Below, in pieces: positions 29,533 to 43,182 of a stretch of 64,000 nt of DNA (its first letter is position 1; each line of letters starts with the position of its first letter). The DNA comes from the human T2T-CHM13v2.0 reference genome, Homo sapiens: NCBI RefSeq assembly GCF_009914755.1, contig NC_060939.1, one strand, 5' to 3'. Under the pieces are notes generated by a model. That model was not told where the DNA came from. It did not search any database and was given only the letters and a program-made list of their open reading frames with translations. The translations under genes were made by a program, and so were the position numbers.

Positions 29533-30529
29533 TCACCATTCAACTACTGTTCATCTCTTAGTCTCTGTTTCTGTAACTTCAAAAGGAAGTTAGCATTTTC
29601 CTTGCAGAGGTGCTGAGGATTGAATGAGAGAATACCTGGAAAGCATTAGGCATGTAGCACACTTAGCAGATGGTGGTTGGCTCCCTCTGCTTTTCCACCA
29701 GTCTGTGGCCTACAGTTTAAATGGTGGGAAGAAGGACATGAGATCTGAGGCTGGGGAAGGAGGTATGGGGTTCTAGGCAAGGGAGGAAGCCTCTTAGGCC
29801 TGGAGCAAGGGAGCAGGGTCCTGGGCAGGTGACAGAGCCCCACAGTGCCCTAGCTACCCTATTAATGGGCCCAGAACCTGGAAGCCAGCCACCATGTGCC
29901 CTCATGCCCAGGGTCTTCCTGCAGGTGGAGATGAAGAGCCAAGAGTCTCAGAGTCTGCAGCAGCAGTGAGACTAGTACCTGGGTCACCTGCAGCAGTACG
30001 TGGCCACCTATCAGCAGCTGACCTCTGAGAAGGAGGCGCTGCACAGGCAGTTACTGCTGCAGACCCAGCTCGTGGACCAGCTGCAGCAGCAGGAAGCTTG
30101 GGGCAAAGCGGTGGCTGAGATTATAACATTTTAAAATATGAATACAGTAGTTTAAAACAAAGAAACTGGAGGAAGGAAAAGTAGAGAAAGAGATGCCAAT
30201 TCAAGTCCAAACCTTTATTTGCCAAGTTTTCTTAGAATGACTTTTACCAATTGATGAATTCCTGTAAACAGAATGTATAATGGAAATACGGAAACACTGT
30301 TGCCTAAAGTGGGATTATTCACTGCTACTGTGATGCTACTGTAATGTAATAAATTATTAAATTGTTGCAAAGTGCTGTTTTTGCCTTAAAATTTTATGTG
30401 TCTTGAAAACTATAGTATTAAGAGTATTGAGACTGTGAAAATGCTGGGGACAGTTGGCATGAGATAATCAGTTTTTATTTTTATGAAATTGCAATGTAAC
30501 TATGCAAGTGTGTTTATTAAAGGAACAAA

Positions 30530-30720
30530 CTAAAAAGAAGTTACGGGAATTTTAAAAAGTTGTGGGATGAAAAAGTTATGGGATAAAGAATGCTGTGGAA
30601 AAGTTGCGGCAAAAGAAGTTGTGAAAAAAAGTAGAAAAATGTTTTATGAAAAGTATTTTAAAAAGTTATGATAAAGGAAGTTATGGGATTTTTTTTTAAG
30701 TCATGGGATAAAAATAAAAG
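30530..30720 (+). repeat. Degenerate A-rich minisatellite (about aaaaagttatgggat)n
   Basis: Recurrent aagttatggga / aagttgtggga units. Confidence 0.75.
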
Positions 30721-31746
30721 CAGGTCTCTGTCGGCACAAGCCTGGAGAAGTGGGACTGGAGACTTCGCCCCCGCCATGGACCAACCACCCCTTCCCAGTC
30801 ACCCCTTTACCATTAGGGTAGCAAGACAAGATCCCTGCCTAATGGGGGGAGATAAACAGACCCTTTGGCACCTGACCAGGGCTGAGTCCTTAAATTTCTG
30901 GATGATGATGATTGTTATTTAAGAGCCAGAGGCTGGCGGAGTTGGTTTGTTTGGAGGAGGCCTGATGGCCTCCCTACTCTCACCAAAGCAACTTTTCCCT
31001 CAGGGGGCTCCCATCTTATTCAGAGAGGCAGCTGAGGCGGGACAGTGGGGCTAACTGTAGAGCAGGTGAGGGCTCGGGCTGCTGGGGTGGCCCCCCTTCC
31101 CCAGTGTACACATAGTATCTGTGTAACATTTTGTATATTCCGGGTGGTAGGGCCACCCCTTGTATCATACCTACCAGAGGCTGGAGCTGGCATATGAGGA
31201 GGAGGTTCTAATCATTATTTACGGCTGGGAAACTTATTTATTGATAGCATAGGACAGAGGAAGGAGGAGGGGATGGGGTCCTGGCTGCCTTGGTGATGTG
31301 ACTCCTGTTTATTTTGCTTTCCATTTTGGAATAAATGGATTTAGCCATACTGCTCAGCCTGGTGGGTTCCCATTTCCCTCACTGGGTCCTGGAGTTTGCG
31401 CCACTGAATGAAGAGCCCCAGAGTGAGCATGTCCAGCTGGGCTGTTGGGGACCTTCCAGGCCTGTTACCTGTATGCTGCCTGGTGACACCTGGTAGATTG
31501 CATGGGGATTGCTATGGCGCCTATGGGGCACAGTCCGGCCCTGACAGCCAACAGGCTCAGAAGCCTGATCTAGCGGTGGCCGGGAAGGCAGATATGAGCA
31601 CCCAAGGCCACTGACTTCCATGCACCCCAGTCGTCTTCGGTTCCGTCCCCTTGCCTCCCTCTCCTGTCTGCACCGGGTGGCCTGTTCTGTCTGGCCCTCT
31701 AGAGTGTCAGCTGCCCCGCAGGCTCCTCCAGGCTGAGTTCATGGTC

Positions 31747-31763
31747 CTGCCCCCTAGTGGCCA
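31747..31763 (-). promoter_or_regulatory. Strong CTCF consensus motif
   Basis: Reverse complement TGGCCACTAGGGGGCAG; motif only. Confidence 0.55.
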
Positions 31764-32027
31764 GAGTTGGCTTCACAGGATAAGAGCCCGCTAAGCTCCA
31801 GGGGCTTTCCAGGAAGTGTCCCTTGGAAAGGGTGTGGCCTTTTCACCGCTCCCAACAGCACCCTAGAAATGGCTTGGCTTTTTCCCTCCCCTCAGCTCCA
31901 CAGAGAACACAGCCAGCAGAGGACATATTCCCCGTCATCCAGAAATGGGTTTGATTCTCAGCCAAGGGACAGGAGGACTGGTAGAGACTGTCAGGCCACA
32001 CAGCTGCCTGCACAGCACCCCCATGCT

Positions 32028-32092
32028 TGGTGGGGGGTGGGAGGGATGGCGGGGGGTGGGACGGTTGGGGGGGTGGGACGGATGGCGGGGGC
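32028..32092 (+). repeat. G-rich 3-copy, about 19-bp repeat (G4-capable)
   Basis: ggggggtggga(g/c)gg(a/t)tgg repeated three times. Confidence 0.7.
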
Positions 32093-32256
32093 TGGCTGTC
32101 CACAGGCTGGGCATGACAGGCAGGCTCACTGGAGGTGGCACACTTTGGAGGGGCAATGTCAGGGGAGACCTTCCTCTTGTTGGGCCACAAGACTCCACAA
32201 GGACAGCACGGTGACTGATTCCCAGTGCTAGAGGCCAGGTGGTCGGCCATATGTAG

Positions 32257-32340
32257 GTGTGTGTGTATATATATATATATATATATGTATATTTATATAT
32301 ATGTATATTTATATATATATTTATATTTATATATATATGA
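32257..32340. repeat. (TG)n(TA)n compound microsatellite
   Basis: Direct reading. Confidence 0.92.
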
Positions 32341-34817
32341 GTATTTATAGCTATTTATAGAACAAGGCAGGGACATACCACAGAGGGGCCACAAGTTTTC
32401 AGCAATGGTCAAACCTGGATGTGTCAGCTCACCACTACAGCAGACTAAGTCACAGATGAAGGGTGCTGGCTTTGGGGCTGGGGAGCCACTGTCAAGTCAC
32501 AGGACACCCGCCCAGGCAGGCTTGGAAAGGGAGGTCTCTGAGAAGAGGAGGATCTCTTTAGAGGTTGAAGTGGGGCTGGAGCTCTCAGGATGGGATGGAC
32601 TTGCCTAACCCAATCAGTTGGCAGTTGGAGAAAAGCAGAGAGAAAATAGGAGAGAGAATAGCAAGCAGAGAGCTGGTGATGCAAGCGCAGAGCACGGGCA
32701 TGTCGCAGCAGCTGTGGGAGGGCCGGGGAGGGGAGCGCGCAGGTGCGGGTGTAGCAAAGGTTCCTGGAAAAGAGGGGCTGGAAGGGAAAGGGGAGGAAGA
32801 TGGAGGGAGAAGCCAGAGCTTCACAGGTAGTGCCTGGGGGCTGCGGCAGCCCTCCCCAGCTCACACACACTGGCCTCTCCCATGGCACCCAGGCAGTGCA
32901 CCCACACTTCAGACCAATGCTCAGCCGCTTTGGGCTTCTCTCTTCTCTGGTCACCCTGCCTTCCAACCCACTGGCCCAGGGCCACCTCTTGCTTGGGGAG
33001 CCCCACCCAACAGCCACCTGGCCTGATAAGGAACACTGCTTGAACCAAAATGGTGAAGCTATAAGGGATGGATGGCTGGAGTGAGTACCAGAGGCCCCTC
33101 TGGTGGTGAGAAAGTCCAGGGTCCTCTGAAGGGACCCTGGGGAAGGCAGGGAGGGCAGGTAGCCGGATGCCACTGGCCATAGACTTATAAGTCTAAGAGG
33201 GGAGCCTCAGCTGGTTGCGGGGTGAGGGGGGCTGCAAGTTTCATAGCTGAGGCTGGGTCCTTCCTGCTGGGAAAAGCAGAAGAGGGAGAGTCCATGGCAG
33301 GAGAGGCAGGTGGGCTCGCTAGGCGGAGCTCAGCTGGGTCAGCAGGCACTGTGGTCCCCTTGGCTGAATAGCACAGGCGACCCCTAGGAGCAACAGGCCA
33401 AGGTGCGTGAGCCTGCTGGTCGGCGATAGTGCTTCAGCGGGGGCCAGGGACCCTGCCTTCAGTCACACGCTAGCAGCTGCGGTGGTACCTGGCAGGGAGG
33501 GAAGGGGGCTGTGTGTCCCTGCCTGGCCTGTGAAGTGTGTTGTGGGATGACTGTGTGTATGGGACTCTTAAGGTTTTATCCTAGATCACCAGGGATTGCC
33601 AACAGATAGAGGAGGTGGGACCCTGACTATCACCCCTCCTCTGCAGTGGGTTTGACTCTTGACACTCCCAGGCTGGGATCTGGATACCCTGACCTGGCAG
33701 CATGACTCAGACTGCACGACAGGTACAGCGTGCCCAGGATGACGTTCCTAGACCTCTAGCTGCCTCAGAGTCCAGCCGCACACACAACCCCGTCCAAGCT
33801 CCCAGCCCCTACACCATAAATCATGAACTCTCTGCCCTCTCTGATGACTACAGAGAGCACCCATGTCTGCCAGCTTGGGCATGGAGACTGTTCCAACAGC
33901 CCCCAGGCTCAGCCATGGAGGCCTTGGGCAGTGGCGCTGAGTCCCATGGCTTGCAGGGAAGGGAGGTGAGAGAGCCAGCAGCACGAGGACAGAAAGAGGA
34001 AAGAGCAAATCTGCAGCTCCAGAAGGGAGGGGCAGGGAGCCTGGATCTGAGGTCCCAGGTGCGCCCCCGTGTGGAGCCGGTGCAGCGGGGCAGGAACACC
34101 GTTCATGCAGCAGGCGGTGAGGCATGTACCTACCATGGCTGATGCTCCTCAGGGACCACTGATAGTGATTCTGAAAGCATCAGATCAACATGACAGGTCA
34201 CACGCATGGGTGGGGCAGGCCTGGGGTTGGGGGACACACACACACGCACATGCCGGGGTGTGCACACACATGCTATGAGGCCCCACAGCATGCACAGCCG
34301 GCATGCACACGCTAACACACATGTCCACAACACGCATACGCCTCCTTCCCCGCCACCTCCCGGTACCCAGCACCCTCACTGGCTGGCACGTGCAGCACAG
34401 ATCTGGGGTGTGCAGCCACTTGGCACACTGAAGCACACATGTGAGCAGAGTCACAACACAGAAGCTCACCCAAACACAGAGGTATTTGCACCAGCTCCCT
34501 GCACACTCATGCCTGGCATGCTCAGAGGACCACCGGTGCTGCTCATGGAGACAGGGCTTGCTCGCTAATGTCCAGCTGTCATTTATTTACCTCAGGTCAG
34601 AGGGTCTGACCCACCTAAGAGCCTTCCATGGCTCCCTATGGCCTGCAGCATTGAGCCCCAAAAGTCAAACTCTTCGGACTTTGAAGGTCTTCCACCCTAT
34701 GCCCCACCCTCCCCACAGATGATTCTGAGGATGGCGGGAGAGGTCAGCTGTGACTCTTTTGCTCAACTGTTGGACAAGAGTAGGCTTGAAGTTGATAATC
34801 TCTATTCCTCTCCCGGG

Positions 34818-35525
34818 TAGTGCTTCTCAAACTTCAAAGAGCATAGGAATCACCTGGAAATCTTGTTAAATGCAAATTTGCTTCAGCTGGGCTGGGTGAG
34901 ATTGCCAGTCCGTATGTCTAACAAACTCCCAGGTGAGCCAATGCTGCTGGCCCACTGACCACCCCCTGGGTAACAAAGCTCTATGGTTTTAATTTGCATT
35001 TCCCCAGAGGTTAGTGTTGAGGATCTATTCATGTGCTTTAAGTTAACTCATTTTTAAAACCTAAATAAATGTACTTAAAAAGGAAACTTTTGCTATAGGA
35101 GGCCAAGGCAGGTGAATTGCTTGAGCCCAGGCATTCAAGACCAGCCTGAACAACATGGTGAAACTCCGTCTCTACAAAAAATAAAAAAAATCCAGCATGG
35201 TGGCATATTCCTATGGTTTCAGCTACTCAGGAAGTGAGGCAGGAAGATTGCTTGAGCCTGGGAGGTCGAGGCTGCAGTGGCTGTGATTGCACCATTATAC
35301 TCCAGCCTAGCTGACAGAGCAAAACCCTGCCTTAAATAAATGGATAAAAAGAAACTTGCGGTTAGTGGTTCTCAAAGTGTGGTCCCTGAGCCAGCAGCAT
35401 CAGCATCCCCATCAGCTGAGAACTTGTTAGAAATGCAGATTCTCAGGCGCCACCCCAGACCTCCTGAATCAGAACCTCTGAGGCGTGGGTTCAGCGACCT
35501 GTGGTTTAACACGCCCTCCCGGTGA
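34818..35525. mobile_element. MER5-like remnants flanking a 5'-truncated AluJ (35098-35345, +)
   Basis: gtgcttctcaaactt...aatcacctgg; gtggttctcaaagtgtggtccc...gaacttgttagaaatgcagattctcagg. Confidence 0.7.
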
Positions 35526-38500
35526 GAATCGGTCTCATTCACTACAGATAGAAGGAAATGGTAAAAATCAATTCATCCGCATATCGCCTAAAATCCTCCT
35601 GTGGGCCCCAGGTTGGCACAGCACACTTTTGGGCAGGAGCCCCACTCACAGAGGCCGTGACAAGAATGCTCCTGCCCCTGGGGTTGTGCAGTGACAGCTC
35701 ACACAGCTCCACGTGGCGGTTCTGAGTTTGGGAAGCGCTGATGTAGTCCTACTGCAGCCCTTCCTGCCCTTCACTGGACTGAGAAAATCCAGGCTCTGAG
35801 GAGGGCGAGACTTGCCCAAGGTCACCCAGCAACATGGTCAGTCTCCTTTCCCAGGGCCCTCACAATGCGTGGCCTGTTTAAAGCCTGCCTCTATTCACTG
35901 CTGAGTGAAAAATCCAGCTCCAAAACAGAATATGGGGAAGGATACTATCTTGTGCAGCTTATGTTTATAGCTGCAGATACATGAGAAAAAAAGTCTGAAA
36001 ATACTGTTGAAGTAGTTACTTGGGGAGAGAAGGGGTTTGCTGGTTTTTGTGTTTTTAACTTTTATATTTCACAATTTTTATCACAATGTTTAGTTACATA
36101 ATCAAAGTTTATTAAATGTTAAAAATTGACATGAAGCCTGATCCAGCCACAGCCTATCATTGGCAGAGCCAGGAAGCCTTCCAGATACAGCAGCCCTGCA
36201 CCTGCCCCCGGTCACACCCTGGGCCTGGGCACATGCTAGGTCCTCTGTCTGGACACCCTCACCCCCTGGTGGCCTCCACGTCAGTACCCACCAGCACCTC
36301 CTGTGGGCGAGGGCCGCCCCTGCATCCAGCCCTGGGCACCCCCTAGCCCAGAGGGCACCTCATGGTGTGAGAGTCCACCTGCCTGTCTCTAAAGAGAGGA
36401 AAGCTCCTTGGGACATGTGTTCTGCTTGACCCATCACCTCTGGCCTGGTACAGAAAGGTGGACAGTGGGTATTTGGTGAATAAATGAATGAATGATTGGA
36501 ACGAACCCCCTAAATTGTGATTTCCTGAGGCCCTTCTCCAGCTGGCCCAGGTGGAACCAGTTCCACGTTTCACAGGAAAGCCAGGTGTGAGGAGTGGGGC
36601 AGGTGTGTGTGTGAGGGGCCAGGTTCTTGAAGGCTGCATGGAAACGGAGCTGGTGGCAGGTCTGGGGGTGGCAGTGCTGCTGTAGGAGCCTCAGGGAGGG
36701 CTCATCCCTGGAATCCCCCAGGGTATCCTAGTGCCCCCAGCTGCTGCATGGCATGAGAATTCCTGGCTGGTGGGGGACACACAAGGACTTGTTTGGATTG
36801 GCCACCTGGTCCAGCCCAAGGAGCTGCGCCTCCAGCACCTTGGGGGAAAAAAAGCACTTTTGATGTGTGACAACAGCTGCAGGCAAGGGGAGGGAGAGGT
36901 GTGCTGGGCCTCGGCCTTAGAAGCCAGAAGCCAGTTCATGCCCCTACTTGGTCTACGTGGGAAAGGGATGTGGCCTCGGCTAGCTCTAGGGTCCTGGGTT
37001 ATGGAAAGGGCCCTTCCTTATGGACCCAGTGACTTAGGCTGACCCAGCCCCTCCCTGAGCCTCATCAGTGAAACCAGGGCTGGGCCAGGGCTCTCAACAC
37101 CTCCCAGCTCCAACCTCTGGCTTTGTCCCAGGAGGGCAGGAGATCAGACAGAGGTGACCCGGGCTCCCTATTTACCTCAACCTCCTTGTGAAGCCTCCCT
37201 CTTTCTGCCTGTGAGGTGGGTGGGGCTGGAAAGAGGGGCATTCACCTGTGGGTCTCTGACTTCTCTGCCCAGGTGTGCCTGGGGAGTCTGGTCTATACCC
37301 GGTGCTCTGCTATACCCCACAGCCTGGTCACAACCTCCCTGCCTCCAGAGCAGCCCTGGCCCAGGGAAGAAGCGGGTCTCTGCATCCAATGATAGGTAGA
37401 AAATGAACGTGGGGATGATAGCACTGGAAAGGAGTCAAGGAGGAGGTGCCTTCCCAAGGATGTGGAGGGTTTTTCCAGAATGGAACTTGACTGGTGTGGG
37501 CAAACATCAGGAGGTGGGAAGGGTGGCTCCCTCTGTGGGAGCTGGGGCAACTTGCCTGGGCCAAATGGTGGTAGGCTGTGGGTGTAGGGTGGGCAGAGCT
37601 GGGGTGCCCAGAGCCTGGGGTCCCTGTCCTTGCAGAGGACTGGAATGCAAAACAAGTGCCCCCTGCCTTCTGGCTGCGGGACATCCTCTGCTTCCAAGCC
37701 CAGACATACACCTGCTGCCACAAGCCCCTGAGGCTCTTCAGAGGACCAATGGGCAGCCACACCCATGCTGGGCCAGCCTGCTGGGCCCACCTGCACCCTG
37801 GTCAGAGCCCATGACTGAGGGGACTCTCTGGGGGCAATGGGGGCAGTCCCATGCTGCCCTCTTACAGGTGGATCAGTCCCTGGGATCTGGTGCTGGGCTG
37901 GGGTGGGCTGAGGCTGTTCTCTGCTGGGGTACCTGGTGGACAGCAGGTGGAGCAACTTCTCCTTGGCTTTCCTGGACCCCAGGACACAGCTGAACACTGC
38001 ACTCTACCCTGGATGCCTTCAGATGGGACCATGGGAAGGAAGAGGGGCTACCCCTGCAGGGGGCCAGGACCCTGGCCCATGCTTGCTCCCCGCAGCAGGC
38101 ACCTCCTCTCCAGATTGACATCACCTGATTCCTGAAGGCCTGGGCTACTGGCCAGAGTCCCAACATCCTCACCAAGGTCTGTTTTTACATCAGAGCAGCT
38201 AGCACATGAGTTCGGAGCTGAAGGGGGCGGAGAGAGAACACAGGGCTCTGTTAAGAGTTCTTGGCTCCCTGCTGTGGTGGGCCCCGTAGAAGGCCCCCCA
38301 AAAATTTGCAGCTGCTATAAGTCACTGGGAGGAAGCTGCAGCAGACACGTGTTTCTCAGCCTGGTAGATGCAGAGGGGTGTCCGGACCCCCAACTGGGAG
38401 GCCCAAATGTGGCAGTGCAGGAATTCTAGCCAGCTCTGGGACCCTGGGCAAGTCATGTAACCTCTCAGAACCCCATTCCTGGTCACCATGGGGCTCTTGT

Positions 38501-38921
38501 GTGGATGTAAACAACCCTCAGGCCACTTATGTCCCATCAGTGGAAGCCTAGCATGGGTGGAGACCCCCGAGACTGAACTCAGTGGCGGGATCCAGCCTTC
38601 CCAGCTCTTCTACATAGAGCCCAGAGCTAGCAGGGTGGGCTGCCTGGAGAAGCAGGCACTCCTGTGGGCTGGAGAACATGAGCAGTGGTCCCTTTGGGAA
38701 GGTGGAAGAGGCTGTGGTCAGTGGAGGCCATAATGGGGCAGAGGTTGGGCAGAAGGGGCATGATCGGGGGATCTGAGACCCAACAGAGACTGGACTGAGG
38801 ACTCTGTGCCACTCAGGCAGTGGAAACTGAGCTATGGCTGGGACCCATGGTCCTGAGTGAGGCCTGGCCAGTCTTGGAAGCTGTGCCAAAGGTGGCTTCA
38901 TGTAAGGGTGCATCTGAGCAC

Positions 38922-39083
38922 TTTTTTTTTTTTTTTTGAGATGGGGTCTTGCTCTGTCATCCAGGCTGGAATGCAGTGCCACGATCATAGCTTACTGCTG
39001 CCTCAAACTCCTGGGCTCAAGTGATTCTCCCACCTCAGCCTCCCAAAGCGCTCAAATTATAGGCCTGAGCTACAGAGCTGGGT
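38922..39083 (-). mobile_element. Alu monomer/fragment (AluJ/FLAM)
   Basis: T-tail followed by Alu arm sequence. Confidence 0.8.
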
Positions 39084-40205
39084 TTTAAATCTTAATATCT
39101 CCTCCTGGTCTGCTTCCCTGGCTGACACACATGCTGGCATCTTGCGCCTAGACAAACATGTTTCTGGACTTGGTTCCATTTGTTCTGACGGGCTTCTCTC
39201 TCTCAATGACCGCACGTTACATTATTTGGCTATTCTTACACATTTCCATATAGAACTGAGGGTTAGTGTATTAATGTCAAAGTTCTACTGGTTTTTCGAG
39301 GCTGGGTGGAATGTTTGGGTTAATTTAGTTGTGGGCATCTTGACAATATAGGCTTTTCCTCCAGGAATGGTGATTCTGGGACGCAGGTTTTGCACATTCT
39401 GGTTTATTGCTTGGCTCGCTGCCACAGAGGGATGGCACTGCTCCACACACCATGCCCTAGAGATGTCCCACCTTATCTGTCTAAATCAAGCTGGATGTTC
39501 TCAGCTGACAGGATATCATATCAGTGCTGTGGGGACTCACTCCCCTCAACCCGAGACGAAGTGAGGTGGAGACTATGGAGCAGATCCATGCTGAGTGCAT
39601 TTGCCCTTCCTGACCTGCACTGCTGCTGGGTGGGGCTGTGTCTGAGCTGATAGAGGGCATTGATTTGGGCACGGGGAGGGGTCAGTACTGGAGAGATGCC
39701 CCTCACCTCCCTTAGCTCCTCCTGTCCACTCAACACTTGGTCACCAAGGTCCCCGACTTCCAGGCCTCAGTCACCACTAACGAGGTGCTGCATGGGAACA
39801 AAGCGTAGGCCCACAACCTGGAGTTCAGGTCACTCCTCCTTCCAGTTGAAGCCTCTATCCCTCCCAGGTGATTCCAGCCTCATTTCTCCATGGGCCAAAT
39901 ATCCTAAACAAAGGCCTGGACAGGGGGTCTTTATCCGAGTGCCCAAAAAGCACATGCAGAAAGGCTCTGCATGCCCCCTGTGGCCTGTCAGAGGTAAGAG
40001 CCTGCCCGTCAAAATGCACAATCCTGGTTCTTGCAGGGAGGTGAGGAGGGGAGGCAGAAAAGGTCCATCTCATTCCTTCAGCAGGAACCCAAACTTGGGA
40101 AAGCCAGACACAGTACATTTCTTAATGATCCTGACACTTTTATAACTGGTTACAGCTGGGTCACATGCACAACTGTTTTCCAACATCTTTCAATGGGCCA
40201 CATAA

Positions 40206-40673
<468 letters not shown>

Positions 40674-40752
40674 TAGACTGCCATTGGCAAATACCAGTTT
40701 ATTATCCACCCACATTTATGTTAATGGGTTTCCCATGTTTTATTTGTCTAGA

Positions 40753-40961
40753 CCAGGCTTTCTCCACAGCAGCACTGTTGATGTTTAGGGCTGGACAGTT
40801 CTCTGTTCTGGAGCTGTTTGCGCCTCGCAGGATGTTTAGCAGCATCCCCAGCCTCCGCCTGCCACATGCCAGCAGCACTCCTCAGTGTGACAGCCAAAGT
40901 GATTTCAGATACTGTCAAATATCCCCAGGGCGGCAAAATCACCTCCAGTTGAGAACTGCTG
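40753..40961. mobile_element. MER20 DNA transposon remnant
   Basis: caggatgtttagcagcatcccc...ggcaaaatcacctccagttgagaactgctg. Confidence 0.8.
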
Positions 40962-41094
40962 ACCTAAAACCCTCTGGAACAATGTTAGATCATGGTAATG
41001 ATAGCGCATACTGCTCCTGACCTTAATGGGAATACCTCTAGCATCAAAGTATAGTAGTACCTGTATACTACTGTCTGGGCTGTTATTAGTACAC

Positions 41095-41454
41095 TGTATT
41101 AGTCCATTCTCATGCTGCTATGAAGAAATACCCAAGACTGGGTAGTTTATAAAGAAAAGAGGTTTAAATTGACTCACAGTTCTGCATGGCTGGGGAGGCC
41201 TCAGGAAACTTACAATTATGGCAGAAGACTCCTCTTGCCAGGGCAGCAGGAGAGAGAAGGAGAGCCGAGCAAAGGGGAAAGCCTATAATAAAACCAACAG
41301 ATCTCGTGAGAACTCACTCACTATCACGAGAACAGCACGGGAGAAACTGCCCCCATGATTCAATTATCTCCACCTGGGCCCACACCCTTGCCACGTGGGG
41401 ATTATTGCAATTCAAGATGAGATCTGGATGGGGACACAGAGCCAAACCATATCA
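41095..41454 (-). mobile_element. MaLR solo LTR (THE1D/MSTA-like)
   Basis: tgtattagtccattctcatgctgct...cagagccaaaccatatca. Confidence 0.88.
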
Positions 41455-41487
41455 TATCCTTTATATTAGCATACTGTATCAAAGTAT

Positions 41488-41799
41488 AATTTTCTTTTTT
41501 CTTTCCTTCAAGAGAGAGCCTCGCTCTGGCTCTGGCTGGAGTGCAGTGGCACGATGTCATCCCACGGTAACCTCTGCCTCCTGGGTTCAAGCAATTCTTG
41601 TGCCTCCACCTCTCAAGTAGCTGGAACTACAGGTGTGTGCAACCACACCCAACTAATTTTGATTTTTTTTTTTTTTTTGAGTACACATGGGGTTCGACAT
41701 GTTGGCCAGGCTGGTGTCAAACGCCTGGCCTCAAGTAATCCCATCACTTCAGCCTCCCGAAGTGCTGGGCTTACAGGCATGGGCCACTGCACCCAGCCT
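41488..41799 (-). mobile_element. Alu (J/S)
   Basis: Diverged Alu dimer. Confidence 0.85.
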
Positions 41800-41914
41800 G
41801 AAGTATAATTTTCACAATGTGAAAAGCTTGACTTTCATACAGATAATGAAGGAATACGTATAAGATATTTTCTTTAATTTACAAGGGAGTCAGCAACACG
41901 GTGAAGCTAGTTCA

Positions 41915-42337
<423 letters not shown>

Positions 42338-42429
42338 TTATCTTTTCTACTGGACAGAAATCTGTAAGCTAACATATATACATATTCTCCAGTATATTCA
42401 TAACATATTCTGTAGTATATTTCCCTGCA

Positions 42430-42610
42430 CTAGTGCTTTTCAAAGCATGGTCTCAAATTGGAAGCATCAGCGTCACCTGGGAACATAGACATGCAATGCT
42501 TAGGCCCCACCTCAGTCCTACTGAGTTAGAAACTCTGGTGTGAGGCCCAGCAGCCGGTTTCACAAGCCCTGCAGGGCATGATGATGCACTCTAATGTGTG
42601 AGGACCACGG
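42430..42610. mobile_element. MER5A-like remnant
   Basis: agtgcttttcaaagcatggtc...agcatcagcgtcacctggg...gaggaccacgg. Confidence 0.65.
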
Positions 42611-42887
42611 CTCTAAATAATCAATCTTTAATAGTAAAACAAGTATCTATGAAACAATGCTCCAGTATGACATTAAAAGGGCACACCATCCACCTTTTAA
42701 CTTTATTTCTCAATTTAGATATTTTGTCTGATGTTAAATTTGCTGTTTTGTTTCTCAAATACTCTTAAGACAGTTTTCATCTGTTCCTAATTTTCTCTTT
42801 TTAAATAAAAAATGGTTTTCCAAATCTGTCCATTTTACTCTTCTTTAACCTATTGATAGGATGAAGTAAAAGTTGAACCATTCTTAC

Positions 42888-43182
42888 CTTTTTTTTTTTT
42901 TGAGACGGAGTCTCACCCTGTTGCTCAAGCTGACTGAAATGCAGCGGTGCAATCTCGGCTGACTGCAGCCTCCATCTCCCAGGTTCAAGCGATTCTCATG
43001 CCTCAGCCTCCTGAGTAGCTGGGATTACAGGCACCCGCCACCACGCCCAATTCATTTTTTTTTTTTTTTTTTTTTTTTGTAGAGACAGGTTTTGCCATGT
43101 TGGCCAGGCTGGTCTCCAACTCCTGACCTCAAGTGATCTGCCTGCCTCAGCCTCCCAAAGTGCTAGGATTACAGGCATGATT
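42888..43182 (-). mobile_element. AluS, clipped at a duplicon junction
   Basis: Dimer ends at gattacaggcatga and runs directly into DNM1-derived sequence. Confidence 0.88.

Larger units (their letters stand above)
31230..34570 (-). pseudogene. Dynamin-1 (DNM1) pseudogene fragment A: 37-nt alternative exon, terminal exon and 3'UTR
   Basis: 34134-34170 encodes ITISGP* (DNM1 ITISDP*); 32558-32617 resembles [20 protein letters not shown] with stops and a mutated acceptor; outer limits approximate. Confidence 0.85.
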
